From assembly GCA_964016885.1 (NCBI GenBank), contig OZ024742.1, positions 33,232,001 to 33,296,000 on the forward strand: a stretch of DNA of 64,000 bases, in the 5' to 3' direction. The first letter of the stretch is position 1. Each line of letters starts with the position of its first letter. The notes beneath the pieces are model-generated. The model was not told the DNA's origin. It was given only the letters and a program-made list of their open reading frames with translations, and did not search any database. The DNA is from Eledone cirrhosa. Its lineage: Eukaryota. Position numbers and translations under genes: made by a program. Positions 22,005 through 35,004 of the stretch are shown here, in pieces.

Positions 22005-25000
22005 CTACAGGATGGTATACAGAGAAGGCCCATTTACACGAGCCATTCTCGCCACTATCACCCACCTTTCATAAAACTGCCTGTGGCCAAGCACCTCTCT
22101 CTCTATTCTTATCCTTCTTCCGAAGTGATATCGGAAGAAGTAGACCAGACTATGGCCAGAGAGGAAGTTGCCTGACCTCAGACCTTTCAATCGTGTCCAC
22201 CAAACAACCTCTTTCAACATGGCTATTACGCACAGAAAAACCGCCTTTGCTTCCTTTGTGAAGAGGGGAGGCGGTTTGATTGTCATCACGGACTCGGCGG
22301 TCAATTGAATCGGCGCCACCCGCGACAGCAGTCGTTCGGCGTAGCCCCACAGATCAGCCACGCCCGGACATTGCACCAATGCGTGCGCAACGGTTTCTTC
22401 GTGATGCACGCATCTAGGGCAAATCTATTTTGAGGGATCCCTGCCCGGGCGCCCGTGTCTGTAGAGCCTCTCTCGAACGGGTAGAGCCCCCTGGTAGCAC
22501 TGCCAGGCTAGTGACTTCTGGAAGTTGTCCATTGGTGCCGGGCCGAAAGTCCTACCGAACAGGCTGGCCACTTCGTCCTCTTCCATGTCCAACGACTCTC
22601 CAAGGGTGTCATCGCCCCTGCTAGCCACCAGCCCTCTATAGAATGATGAGGTGGATTCTCCACCGATGGCCTGGCCCGCTTGCCAGAGAGCCCTGAGCGC
22701 CTGAGCACACTCAGTGTGCCAGTCTCCCAGTTTTCCGGATCTTTGCTTGACCCTGGACTGCAGCTCGGTGAGTGAGACGAGTCTCGGGAAGGCTCGTTTC
22801 ACGAACGGAGCCCACTCTGGTTGACCAGTGAGGAATACCTGTAGGTGCCGTAGCCTTAATGCGTGCCTACGCATCATCAACCACGGCATCCCCAGCCCTC
22901 CTTTCGAAGGTTGTTGGCAGCAGATGGATCTTCTCACCATAGGAGGGCGCTTCTTCCAAAGAAGTTGGAAGAGCATGCGTTCCATGGTGGTGAGTGTTTC
23001 CTTAGGGCAAGGCACGACAGTCAGGCGGTAGTAAGTGACGGACGCTATGTAAATGTTCGCCACCTCCGCCCGGCCTTTTAGGGACAGCTTACACTTGGCC
23101 CATTTCTGGGTTAGTGCAAACACCTTGTTCGTAACCTCGTCCCAGTTCTTTTCCACCTGGAGGTCCGGTCCAAACCAGACCTCAAGCAACTTTACGGGGC
23201 CCTCCGTTCAGTGTCCGATGACACCGTCGGGAGGCATCGGTCTGCCTCTCCACGTTCCGAGTTGCAGCCCGATGGATTTTTCCCGGTTCAGTTTCGCTCC
23301 TGACAACCTTTCGTAATCCTCCAGTAAGGTACCGATCGCCTCGATTTCCGAGTCGGTCGATACCATTACTGTTACGTCATCGGCGTAGGCCGACACCGCT
23401 TTGCTCAATCCTGGTTCCAGGGGGATACCTTGCAACAACTCTAACTTCCTCAGTAAAGGCTCGAGAGTCAATACGTACAGAAGGGAGAAGAGAGGGCACC
23501 CCTGTCGAATGGATCGTGTGATTTCGAACGGCTTCGAAAAGTAGCCGTTCACCTTGATCCTAGAACATGATGTATCGCATGAAGTGGAGGGTATGATGTA
23601 TCGCATGAGGTGGAGGTTATCGTGAATGGACCTGGATGGGATAGCACATGTCTGCACATCTCCCACCAGGCTACCCACGACAAGCGCCAACCTCTTTACT
23701 AACACCTTGGCCAAAATCTTTAACTCTGTGTTTAGCAGGGTTATGGGCCGAAAATTATTTATACTATCCCCCTTGTTCTCGTCCTTCCTCACCAGCGAGA
23801 CTACGCCCTTGGCTACAGAACAAGGAATTCTCCCGTTCAGCTGCCAATTGCAGTAGACCGCTTCGAGGAGTTCGGAGAAGAAGACCGGCATTGCTAAATA
23901 AAGTTCGTAAGGTATACCATCGAGACCTGGAGATTTGCGTCTGCTGCATTGGCTCAGCGCATCTCCGATCTCATCAGCCGAGATTGGTCCCTCGCAGGAC
24001 TCTGCCTCTTCGCTCGAGAGACGCGGCAGGCCGTCGAGGTATGGACCGAAATCCACGTCCCCGCCCGGACCCTCGCCTCCCCCGAATAATCGGGCAAAGT
24101 GCCTTTGAAAGGCCTCGCACATCTGCTTAGGCTCCCGGATCACCCGTCCATCCTCGTCTTGCAACAACCGGATGGTGGATCGATTTCCACTCTTAGCTTC
24201 TGTCACGCGGGCCCAGCCAACGGCTTTGGCCCCCTCATTACCTAGAGCACGTATTTTACTTCGAATGACGCAGCCTTCGTGCTTTGCATCGAAAAACTGG
24301 TTCAAGGCCGTCCTCGATGCCAGCACTCTGGCCACATCTTCGCTCTTGATTGCCTCTTCTAATTTACCTGTTAATTCTTTCTCGTTTCTATTCCTATCGA
24401 CAGCTAACATCTTGCTATAACTTATTGATTCTGTTCTAATCTCTCTTTTGAGAGATGCCCACCATCGGTTGTTGACGATTGCACCCGTCAACCTCTCCTT
24501 AACTAATCTGCTAATCCGGTTTCTGTAAGTCTCTTTTGCCGGTAAAGACAAATTAAGTTTCCAGTAACCGGGACCCTGTTTATGTGTTTTCTCGAGATTG
24601 ACTACGCAGGTCACTAATTTGTGATCCGTATAGCCAACCGTGCGCATTTCTGGACAGCTTAATATGTCCCTATCCTTACTTCTAACTAAGAATCTATCTA
24701 AGTACGATCTAGATTGACCACTGTGGTTTCTCCAAGTCCAGGTAGGCACAGTTGGAAAATCTAGTCGATATCTATCGACCAAGTTAAAACGGTCGAGTAA
24801 CCCCTTGAGGCTGTTACACCCCCCTCTATTAGGACATGCTCCTGCATAGTCCCAACGTGCATCTAGGATGTCATTCCAATCCCCCGCTAGAAGCAGGGAA
24901 CGCGACGTTCCCAGAAAGTCTCCAAACGCTGGAAGAAGTCGGGCCGTTCAGCTCTGAAAGGGGAGTAGACGGCGACCAGTCTCAAGGCCGCACCTTCACT

Positions 25001-25300
25001 ACTGCCAACGTCTAGCACCAACAAACGACCCTCCGGGTCCGAGTGAACAACCTGTACGGCAAGACCCAGGTGTTTTTGCAGCAGTACGACAACCCCACCC
25101 CCACCTCCAGGTTGACAGAGAGATGCATGCACCTCAAAGTCATCGAAGGTAGGGGTCAGCTGCCGCATGACGCTGATCCGAGTCTCACAGATAACCATTA
25201 CATTTATACCACATGACCTGAGGTCATTTAGAAGCTTTGCTTGCTTCCAAGTTGAGCCCAGGCCACGTGCATTCAAACATCCTACTCTTAACACATCCAT
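22005..25300 (-). pseudogene. Tx1-like ORF2 (APE endonuclease - RT - C-terminal zinc finger), disabled
   Basis: EN motifs LNARGL, ICETR, GDWNDILD, SYLDRFL, TDHKLV. RT motifs KSPGLDG, FRPITLLN, SIRQGCPL, AYADDV. C-terminal ETVAHALVQC. Lesions: frameshift near 24900, in-frame RT deletion near 23570, stop at 23208, frameshift near 22430. Confidence 0.9.
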
Positions 25301-25333
25301 GTGGGCGGCAGAGCCAAAGGAGAGTGTAGAGAC

Positions 25334-27094
25334 CTACCTTTCTGCTTCCCGGGGTTCGGGTCGCACGACTTCCATGGGGTCGGGGGTGTTGGGTGAAGGG
25401 GTGTCTTGTGGTGGTGTGGGGTCGTCAGTGTGTGGTGGGGTTGGACTGTTTGGAGTTGTGTTGGGGAGGGGAAGGGGAGGGGGAAAGCTTTTTAGGAGGA
25501 CGCGGCTTATGGGTTTGACAGAGGGTGGTCCTACGTCCTCCTTAAAATCCTTTTTTAGTTTTTGGTAGAGGTTCATTGGGATCTTTATTAATTTTAAATG
25601 TGGGTAGTTTTCTGAAGAAACAAAGTTTACATCTTCGGTTTGTACCGAAGGATTATTGTTTATGAGTTCATTTAATTTATTATTGTTTCTGTTGATGTAA
25701 GTATAGTGTAATGTCTTTTTTTCGGATGGTGTGAGTGTTTCGAAGAGGGGAGGGGCAGGTTTGGTTTTGTTTGTTGCTGGAGGGGTGTTTTGTGTTTTGT
25801 TGGATTGTGTTGACATTTGGGTAGGGGTTGTTTGGCCTTGTGTGTTTTGCACATGTTTTCTTTTTTTCCTTTTGATCTGTCTGAAGGACTCCGTTTCTTC
25901 CTCCGAATTCGTTGGGTTATCTTCAGTGTTGGAGGGAAGAGGTATGTTTGCTGGTAATGTTTCCATGTTGGTTTTCTTTGTGGGGGAGATGGATGTCACT
26001 ATGTTAGACTGTGTTGTGTGTTGTGGCTGCGGTGGTTGTGTTGTTTTATTGAGTGAGGGGTTGGGTGGGCCTGTATTTTGTTTTGGGGTAATGTGTTGTG
26101 ACTGTTTGTGTTGTGGTGGTGGTGTAGTTTTACTGAGGGACGGGTTGGGTGGGACTGAGTTTTGTTGTTTGTTTATCTGTTGTGGTGGTGGTGGTGGAGC
26201 TGGTGTTGGTAGCAGGGTTTTCTTTTTGTTGAGTTGGGGACAAGCGGCCTTCAGGTGCCCTCTGCCTGCACAGATATGACAGGACGGCCTTCTCCCCTCT
26301 ACGCTAATGTTTATATACCCGTGGCCCTCTAATAGGATTCTGTCGGGTATTTGGGCGATGCGTTCAGGCTTCATTTGCACTACAAGCTCTATACCTGTTC
26401 CACTGAACGCATTGCCTGTGATTTTCCCAATGGAAATCACGTTGTCATTCACTGGATCGATGAAGCCAGCTATGAGCCAGCAGTAGTCCACATCTGGCAT
26501 CATTGCATCCAGCCATATGCGTTGAGTTCTTTTACCCATATAAGATGGATAAAAAGTAAAATTTTTCGAACGAATCGGTGACAAAGCACATTTTTTTGCC
26601 GCCGATTCGTTCTTCATAATAATCGCTAGGCTTCCATATAGTCTGTCTTTTCTTATGAAAGTGGTTTCATTAAGTACTTCTGTAAGTACTGTTTTGATTT
26701 CTGCTTGAGTTGGCTGTTCAGGTTTTTTTGAAGTGTTGTTGATGGTGCGGAACACGACCGTTCGACTTTCAATGTCTTTGGTGAGTTCTTGAGGCATTTT
26801 TACCGATAAAATACCATTCTCTCCTTCACTTATGTATTGTTTGGCGTCTGTGATTTTTTGTGCCACATCTGAAATATTTTCAGGTATATATGTCAAAGAT
26901 TTCTTTGTTGTTTGTGCAAATGAAATCTTGTTGGTGTTGACTTTGTCGTCTGCTTTGCTTTCTGTTATGATGTTGTTTTCAAATGTCATTTTTGTGTTTG
27001 TTGTGTCTTTGTTTGTGGTATTAATATTGTCATGCAATTTTTCAAATTTTTTTTTCGTTGTTGGAATCCATGTCCAGATTTGTGTTTTCGTCAT
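25334..27094 (-). CDS. Tx1-like ORF1 (586 aa): gag-like nucleic-acid-binding protein with a CCHC zinc knuckle
   Basis: Uninterrupted ORF with CHICAGRGHLKAAC knuckle, a Pro/Thr/Gln-rich tail with an internal repeat (PPNPSLxKTT twice), and basic KRKKRK. Confidence 0.85.
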   Translation of the reverse strand: MTKTQIWTWIPTTKKKFEKLHDNINTTNKDTTNTKMTFENNIITESKADDKVNTNKISFAQTTKKSLTYIPENISDVAQKITDAKQYISEGENGILSVKMPQELTKDIESRTVVFRTINNTSKKPEQPTQAEIKTVLTEVLNETTFIRKDRLYGSLAIIMKNESAAKKCALSPIRSKNFTFYPSYMGKRTQRIWLDAMMPDVDYCWLIAGFIDPVNDNVISIGKITGNAFSGTGIELVVQMKPERIAQIPDRILLEGHGYINISVEGRRPSCHICAGRGHLKAACPQLNKKKTLLPTPAPPPPPQQINKQQNSVPPNPSLSKTTPPPQHKQSQHITPKQNTGPPNPSLNKTTQPPQPQHTTQSNIVTSISPTKKTNMETLPANIPLPSNTEDNPTNSEEETESFRQIKRKKRKHVQNTQGQTTPTQMSTQSNKTQNTPPATNKTKPAPPLFETLTPSEKKTLHYTYINRNNNKLNELINNNPSVQTEDVNFVSSENYPHLKLIKIPMNLYQKLKKDFKEDVGPPSVKPISRVLLKSFPPPLPLPNTTPNSPTPPHTDDPTPPQDTPSPNTPDPMEVVRPEPREAER

Positions 27095-27532
27095 TTTTCT
27101 CCGCAGATTCGTCTGTTTTTATTTTATTTTTTCCTTCCTTCTCTATGACGTTAGTTGGGAAGGAAGGGGGGGACTAAAGCGTACGAGCTTACAACTCTTA
27201 CCGCTGTCCCCCCACTACTATTTTCGTTCGCTTCGTTTAACATTTGTCAGACGATTGAAATTTTTTTTGCCACAAAATTTTTAAAAACAGGTTTTTCACC
27301 CCTAGGAGGGGTAAAGATGAGTTGACCCACCGCCTGACAGTTCAGACGGGGGGCTCAAGCTACACAATAGTATCAAAATTAAATTTGAACTTACAAAATT
27401 TCCGCAATAAATTTGAACAAAACTTCTGCGCGAAGTGAATTACATCTACGCTGTAGAACAGATGACAGCTAGATTATAGATACATAGATAGATAGATATA
27501 CAGACAGATAGATAGATAACTAGATAGCTAGT

Positions 27533-27607
<75 letters not shown>

Positions 27608-27636
27608 ATAGATAGATTGATACAGACAGATAGATA

Positions 27637-28199
27637 TCTTTCTTTATTTGCCACAGGGGCGTACAAAAATGGGACATTACAAGACGTGACAGTGGGGGTT
27701 TTACATAAAAATAACTTTAACATTAATAAATAACAATAAACTATATATAATAAAATAACAATTGAAATCCCCAATAGGGGGAACGTTACTGCAGGGTTAT
27801 TTTACACCCCGTGGATAGAACAACCTTCAACACCAGTAACACGTTTTGTAGGTGTTCCTGTCTTCCTTCTGTTCATCTTCCTTAACCTACAGATTTATAT
27901 AGAGAAGGCCCATTCACTCGGGCTATTTTTGCCACATTCACCCACCTTTCAGCGAATTTACTGGGGTGTAGCACCTCTCTCTCCACTCTCACCTTCCTTC
28001 TGAAGTGATACTTAAAGAAGGGGATAAGTTGTTGTCCGGAGAGACAGGTGTTTGCCCTGAGTCCTTTTAACCTCGTCCACCATGTTACCTCTTTCGCCAT
28101 AGCCACCAGACAGAGGAAAACCGCCTCTCCTTCATTCTTAAATGAAGGCGGCGGGGTGATCCTCATGATGGACTCAGCTGACAACTGGATATGTCCCAC
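27637..28199 (-). mobile_element. 3' fragment of a second, diverged Tx1-like element, also flanked by (GATA)n; a smaller relic lies at ~39250-39395
   Basis: ORF 27882-28199 (SAESIMRITPPP...AVFLCLVAMAKEVTWWTRLKGL...RVNGPSLY) is homologous to the ORF2 C-terminus; it ends AATAAAGAAAG followed by (TATC)n. Confidence 0.85.
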
Positions 28200-28734
28200 A
28201 GATAGATAGATTCATTGATTTCAACATGGTGGTGTTTGAAACAATCTGTCATCATCTTCTTTCATACATTCTGGTTTGTTTGTTAAACTATTTCAGCATG
28301 TTTTCATATAAGCTAGTTAGTGCACCTTAGAAGGGGTTTGTCCTTTCCCTATTTCGATAAAGTTTATCATTTAATAGAAAATTACAACTAATCATAATTA
28401 TCACTAATTATCAATCAATTGTAGATCAAATTGATAAATAAAAGATAACTTATCAATAATTACGAAATAATATCAAATTTATTACCAAATAGAAGTATAC
28501 AATATTGGAAATATTCAAAAGGAAAGGATTAAAATAATAAAGAGAAAGAGAGGCAAGAAAGAAAAAAATTATTACTAAATTATTATAATTGTTTCTATTT
28601 TAGGCACAAGGCCAACAATTTGAAGGGGAAGGGGAAAGTTGATTAAGCTGACACCAGTGCATTACTGGTGCTTTATTTTATCGACCCCGTAAGAATGAAA
28701 GGCAAAGCTAAACTCGGCAGGATTTGAACTCAGA

Positions 28735-28776
<42 letters not shown>

Positions 28777-29146
28777 GTATATATATATATATGGAGGCAC
28801 ATGGCTTAGTGGTTAGAGCATTGGCCTTGCAATCGAAAGGTTGTGAGTTCAATTCTCAGACCGGGTGATGTGTTGTTTCCTTGAGCAAGTCACTTTATTT
28901 CACATTGCACCAGTTTACTCAGCTGTAGAAATGAGATGATAGGGACTGGGGTCCATATCATTCCACTGCAAAGTGGTCGTGGAGGTGCCATGGCAAAAAG
29001 GCACCCAGCACTCACTGTAAATAAGGTTGGTGTTAGGAAGGGCATCCAGCTGTAGAAATCAAGCCAGAATCAGTTCCCGTCCCACCATTGCAAGCAGGGA
29101 AAAAGCGGACGAATTTCACTATATATATATATATATGTGTGTATAC

Positions 29147-29180
<34 letters not shown>

Positions 29181-31076
29181 ATATATATGTGTGTGTGTGT
29201 GTATATATGTATGTATATACATACACACACACACACACACACATATATATTTTTAGCTATTGAAATGGCTGGAGCTCAGCCGTCAGAGGTCCAGAATTTT
29301 TCATATTACCCAATCTACTACCCCAAGTATTGAGTACTCTGGTGCGTAATGGTCTAACTGGCTTTTATCACCGCCATTCTGGTATATATATATGTAAAGT
29401 AATTCCGTCAGAAAGGTCCAGGAAAAAAGAGTGCTCTATGTAGGTTACAGAGCTAATTAGTTATATATATATATATATATATATATATACTTGTCTAAAA
29501 AATAAATCATACACATACGATACAAAATGTATCTATATATACCTACATACTTACAAGGGGCTTTTACCTACCAAATTTACTGATAGGGCATTGCTTGATC
29601 AGATTCGATGGTAGAAAGTACCAGCTTAAGCTGGAACAAAAAACCACATGGTTGCAAAGGGAACTTGTTAATCCCTCAGGCAAGCTGGCAGCTATTTATA
29701 GTGTTAATGGTGTTATCAACATTGACCAATAATTCAGGTGTTTAATAGCAACAGTAATAATAATTGTTTCTACTTCTGGCACAAGGCCAGCAATTATCCC
29801 AGTGTATTACTGGTACTTTATTTTATCGACCCCGTAAGGATGAAAGGCAAAGTTAACCTCGGTAGGATTTGAACTCAGACCATAAAGGGCCGTAACTCTT
29901 TGCTGCAAAGCAAGGCGTCCGACCCTCTACCGATACTGCCAATCCACCACCCTAGTAATAATAATTGTTTCTACTTTTGGCACAAGGCCAACAATTACCC
30001 AGTACATTACTGGTACTTTATTTTATCGACCCCATAAGGATGAAAGGCAAAGTTAATAATAATGTTTCTACTTTTGGCACAAGGCCAGCAATTATCCCAG
30101 CACATTACTGGTACTTTATTTTATCGACCTCGTAAGGATGAAAGGTAAAATTAACCTCAATGGGATTTGAACTCAGACCATAAAGGGACCTAACTATTCT
30201 GCAAAGCATGGCATCCGACCCTCTACTGATACTGCCAATTCACCGCAATAATAATAATACATGAGTAAAACTTTTTATCAACCTAAACATAATAAATAAA
30301 CATGACTAATATTCAGCTGGCTCTTCCATTTGTATCCATTAAATCTAATATATCCCTGCTGCAAAGGCTTATCAAATATGTATAAAACACATGTGGGCAG
30401 CTACTTGCTAACTATCTATATTACAATAACCGTACAGCCTTTTTGTCCATCTGTCCCACAAACGATATCTGTCAAAAACATTCTTAAATGCTCATTTAGA
30501 ATTTATGGTAGACAAATGTAAGACAATAAAGGAAGGGTCACTGAGTGGAAATATTTAAAAATGCTTTCTCTGTCAATGTGGTCTATCTATCTATAAATGT
30601 ATGTGTATATATATATATATATATATAATAATAATGAAATTATTGTGTAAAGTGCTCAGGTACACTACAACTCGTCAAAGGTGCATGTATAGTACATAGA
30701 ATAATATACAAATGTCAGGAAAGTGAATAGTGTATGAGTCATGATATACATGTGTATGGAGGGGGAACATTAGGTGTAGTGTTGGCGAATCTCGGGAAGC
30801 ATGGAGGTTTTAAAGGATGCAGTGTATATATGTATATACATATATGTATGTATATATATATAAATACATTGGTCCAGAATTAGCCGTCGAAACGGCTTGA
30901 GCTCAGCTGTCGGGGTCTTACTGGTTCCTATTACCCACTCTACTACCCCAAGTATTGAGTACTTTGGTGCGTTATGGTCCACCTGGTTCCTTACCACATT
31001 TCCTTTGTTATATAAATACATATATATGTATATACATATATATATATATGTAGATATATATATATATATATATATC

Positions 31077-31695
31077 AAAGTGCAGGGCAATAAAGATAGA
31101 CGGTAGCCACGGAGTAGGCAGACCCAGAAAAACATGGGACGAGCTGATAAATTCCGACCTCACACGCTTACACCTCTCCAAGACAATGTCACTGGACCGA
31201 GACCTTTGGCGGTACTCAGTAATAGAGAAGACCCGCCTTACCTAAATACAAAGTAAAAACCTACTACAGTCAGTAGGCATCTCTATCAAAACACACCCCG
31301 TCCCACCTCCTCCACCCCATCCACACCGCCCCTTTCAATGTAAAGTTATGTTGGTCCCACAACATCCAGGCCGAAACAAATGAGATCGTGTAGGTGTCAC
31401 AACAAAAAAACACACAGTCCACGCTGGTGTTAGGAAGGGCATCCAGCTGTAGAAAACCCGCCAAACAGTCCACGCTGTAATGTGGCTGTGTAGGCAACAC
31501 GGTAAAAACCTCCCAGCCCCACACTGTAAATGTGGTTGGTGTTAGGAAGGGCATCCAACTGTAGAAAACCCGCCAGACAGTCCTATGCGAGCAAGACAAC
31601 CACTCTTGCCTCAAGTGGGAAAACCCCCGTCCAAACCCATGCAAGCGTGGAACACGGACGCTAAACCTGATGATGATGATGATGATGATGATGAT
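31077..31695 (+). mobile_element. RTE LINE subfamily B 3' fragment. Tail-only copies at ~41088-41190 and 58425-58478; internal piece at 33723-33920
   Basis: Matches the other RTE 3' ends. Confidence 0.88.
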
Positions 31696-31699
31696 AATA

Positions 31700-32222
<523 letters not shown>

Positions 32223-32231
<9 letters not shown>

Positions 32232-32483
32232 GAGGTTTTTTTTTCCAAAATGACAAAAAACGAGATGTTCTACACAAGTGAAAGTATAAGGAAAAAAGAT
32301 GAAATTGAAAATGCAATTGGAGTCTTTTTAAGAATATTTATTTGGTTCCTTTACCAGTTTCGGAGTTCTTATGCTTTTCAAAAGTAGAATTGAGATGGAG
32401 GGTTTGTGGTTTTTCTCGCACTTGTGAGAAAAACCACAAATCCTCCATCTCAATTCTACTTTTTCAATTTCATCTTTTTCCCT
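32223..32483 (-). repeat. Hairpin-containing repeat with a degenerate hammerhead-like motif (Penelope pLTR-like)
   Basis: Hairpin at ~32380-32462 plus an outer inverted match (32290-32311 / 32461-32481). Minus strand reads cttTTGAAAA...ctcCGAAAC TG GTA aagg...AATAAA. Confidence 0.45.
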
Positions 32484-33071
32484 ATATATATATGAGTGTG
32501 TGTGTGCATGCACGTATGTATCATCATCATCACCGTTTTACGTCCGTTCTTGCACGCTAGCATGGGTTAGACGGGTTGTCCTGTTGTGGGCAGTGTCTGG
32601 TCGGTTGACCATGCCTTGCTCATACAGGAACTGATTTGGCTTGATTTCTACAGCTGGATGCCCTTCCTAACACCAATCTCATTTACAGTGAGTGGTGGGT
32701 GCTTTTTTCCGTGGCGCCTACACATCCACTTTACAGTGTGGGCTGGGTGCTTTTTTACTGTGGCACCTCCACGACCACCTTGCAGTGGGAGGGTGTGGGG
32801 GCATATTGTCTATATGCTTCAGCTTGTACCCATGGGAGGTCGGGTACTCTGTATTACTGCGTGACGCCAGAGGTCACGGTTGTGTGTCATCGCCTTTGAG
32901 AGGTGTAATTGGGTAAGGTCGGCTTTTATCACCTTATCCCAGGTCATCTTGGGTCTTCCCACTCCGCGGTTTGTATGTATGTATATATATATATATATAT
33001 ATCATCATCATCATTTTACGTCCGCTTCTCCCTGCTATATATATATATATAGTTGCATGTGTATGTAAATA

Positions 33072-33571
33072 TGAAGGTCATTCAAAATTATTTGTGGAAA
33101 AATAGAATAATAAGAAAATTATTTGTAACATAAACGTTTTATTTCTTCACATAAGCATCATCAACATCAAAGCACTTTTGCGAGCGATAATACCAGCCAT
33201 TTATACCATTCTGAGAATTTAACCATGTCAAACTAACTTCTTTTCCATCATTAATTGTCTCAAATTGGCTGCCTTCAAATTATTTTAAAATTTAGGAAAT
33301 AAAAAAATCAGAAGAGACTAAATCGGGACTGTAGGGTGAATGCCTCATAATTTTCCATCAAAATTCTCGCTAGGTTCCCCTTATTTGATGAGAGGAATGG
33401 GAAAGCAGGGGTGGAAAAGATGAAGTCTGATGAAGTTTACCAGGTTGCTTTCCTGCTAAATTTCTTGCTAATTTTCTCACAACCTTTTCATAATAAGCAG
33501 ATTCTACTTTTTCTTCCCTCTAAGAATTCAACTAACATAATACCTTCAGCATTCCAAAAGTCTGTTGCCAC
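33072..33571 (-). mobile_element. Mariner transposase 3' remnant with terminal inverted repeat, irritans/Hsmar2-like
   Basis: Degenerate frames give ATDFWNAEGIMLVEFLEG, PGKLHQ, HSPYSPDL, GWYYRSQKCFDVDDAYVKK*. Terminus ta|tgaaggtcattcaaaa. Confidence 0.8.
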
Positions 33572-34860
33572 CCTGAATGAGATTTGGCGACATGGCCTTG
33601 TAGGAAGAGAAGAGTTTCACAGGAACCTTTATAAATGGTGAAAGTGAGGTAAGGCCAGGATTTATATTACGTGGTACATCTACTGAAATCTCTCTCTCTC
33701 CTGGGCGCTGTCTGTAGAAGACTTGCATAGATTAGAAAGAAACAAAGCTTGCATGCTCCGATCGATGTGTAATAGTAATATACGCGAATGGCAAAGCATA
33801 AACGAACTGAGAGAGAGACTGAGCATAAGAGGAATAAAATGCTGTATGCAGGAGAGGAGGTTGCGTTGGTATGGACATGTGATGTGTATGAAGGATGACA
33901 GCTGCATAAAAAAGTGTCCCCTGACATACAATTTATACAGATAACATGGCTTAGTGGTTAGAGCATTGGCCTTGCAATCGAAAGGTTGTGAGTTCAATTC
34001 TCAGACCGGGTGATGTGTTGTTTCCTTGAGCAAGACACTTTATTTCACATTGCTCCAGTTTACTCAGCTGTAGAAATGAGATGATAGGGACTGAGGTCCC
34101 TATCATTCCACTGTAAAGTGGTCGTGGAGGTGCTGCGGCAAAAAAGCACCCAGCACTCACTGTAAATGAGGTTGGTGTTAGGAAGGGCATCCAGCTGTAG
34201 AAATCAAGCCAGAATCAGTTCCCGTCCCACCCTTGCAAGCAGGGAAAAGCGGACGTAAAATGAAATGAATGAATTGTACAAAACCTACCTTAACAATAGC
34301 CCCCTACAAATCTCTTTCATATTAACACTATCTTCTTTTGTTCTCCTCACAATATCACACTTATAAGTACCCTGACATATTCACGAACAATAGAACATAT
34401 ATCCATTCTGACTATACACAAATCATTCCATTTATTTTTCCTTCAACTACACATATCCAAAGTATTATGTCATATGTATATATATATCATCATCATCATC
34501 ATCATCATCACCGTTTTACATCCGTTCTTCCACGCTAGCATGGGATAGATGGGTTGTCCTGTTGTGGGCAATGCCAGGTTGGCTGACTTTGTCTTGCTCA
34601 TATGGGAACTGATTCTGGCTGGACTCCTACAGCTGGATGCCCTTCCTAACAACAACCTCATTTATAGTGAGTGCTGGGTGCTTTTTTTTCTGTGGCACCT
34701 ACACGTCCACTTTACAGTGTGGGCTGGGTGCTTTTTTGCCGTGGCACCTCCACGACCACATTGCAATGGGGGGGTTCAGCTTCGGCTTGTACCCATGGGA
34801 AGTTCGGTCTTCTGTATTACTGCGTGACGCCAGAGGTCGCGGTTGTGTGTCATATATATT

Positions 34861-34892
<32 letters not shown>

Positions 34893-34915
34893 TATATACT
34901 CACAAAGTTGAACAT

Positions 34916-34995
<80 letters not shown>

Positions 34996-35004
34996 ATGCA
35001 TATA

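Larger units (their letters stand above)
21787..27474 (-). mobile_element. Near full-length Tx1/L1-clade non-LTR retrotransposon (~5.7 kb) inserted in a (GATA)n microsatellite
   Basis: Two ORFs, 5' UTR, and 3' UTR ending AATAAAGAAA. 20-bp TSD tatagatacatagatagata at 21767-21786 and 27475-27494. Confidence 0.92.
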
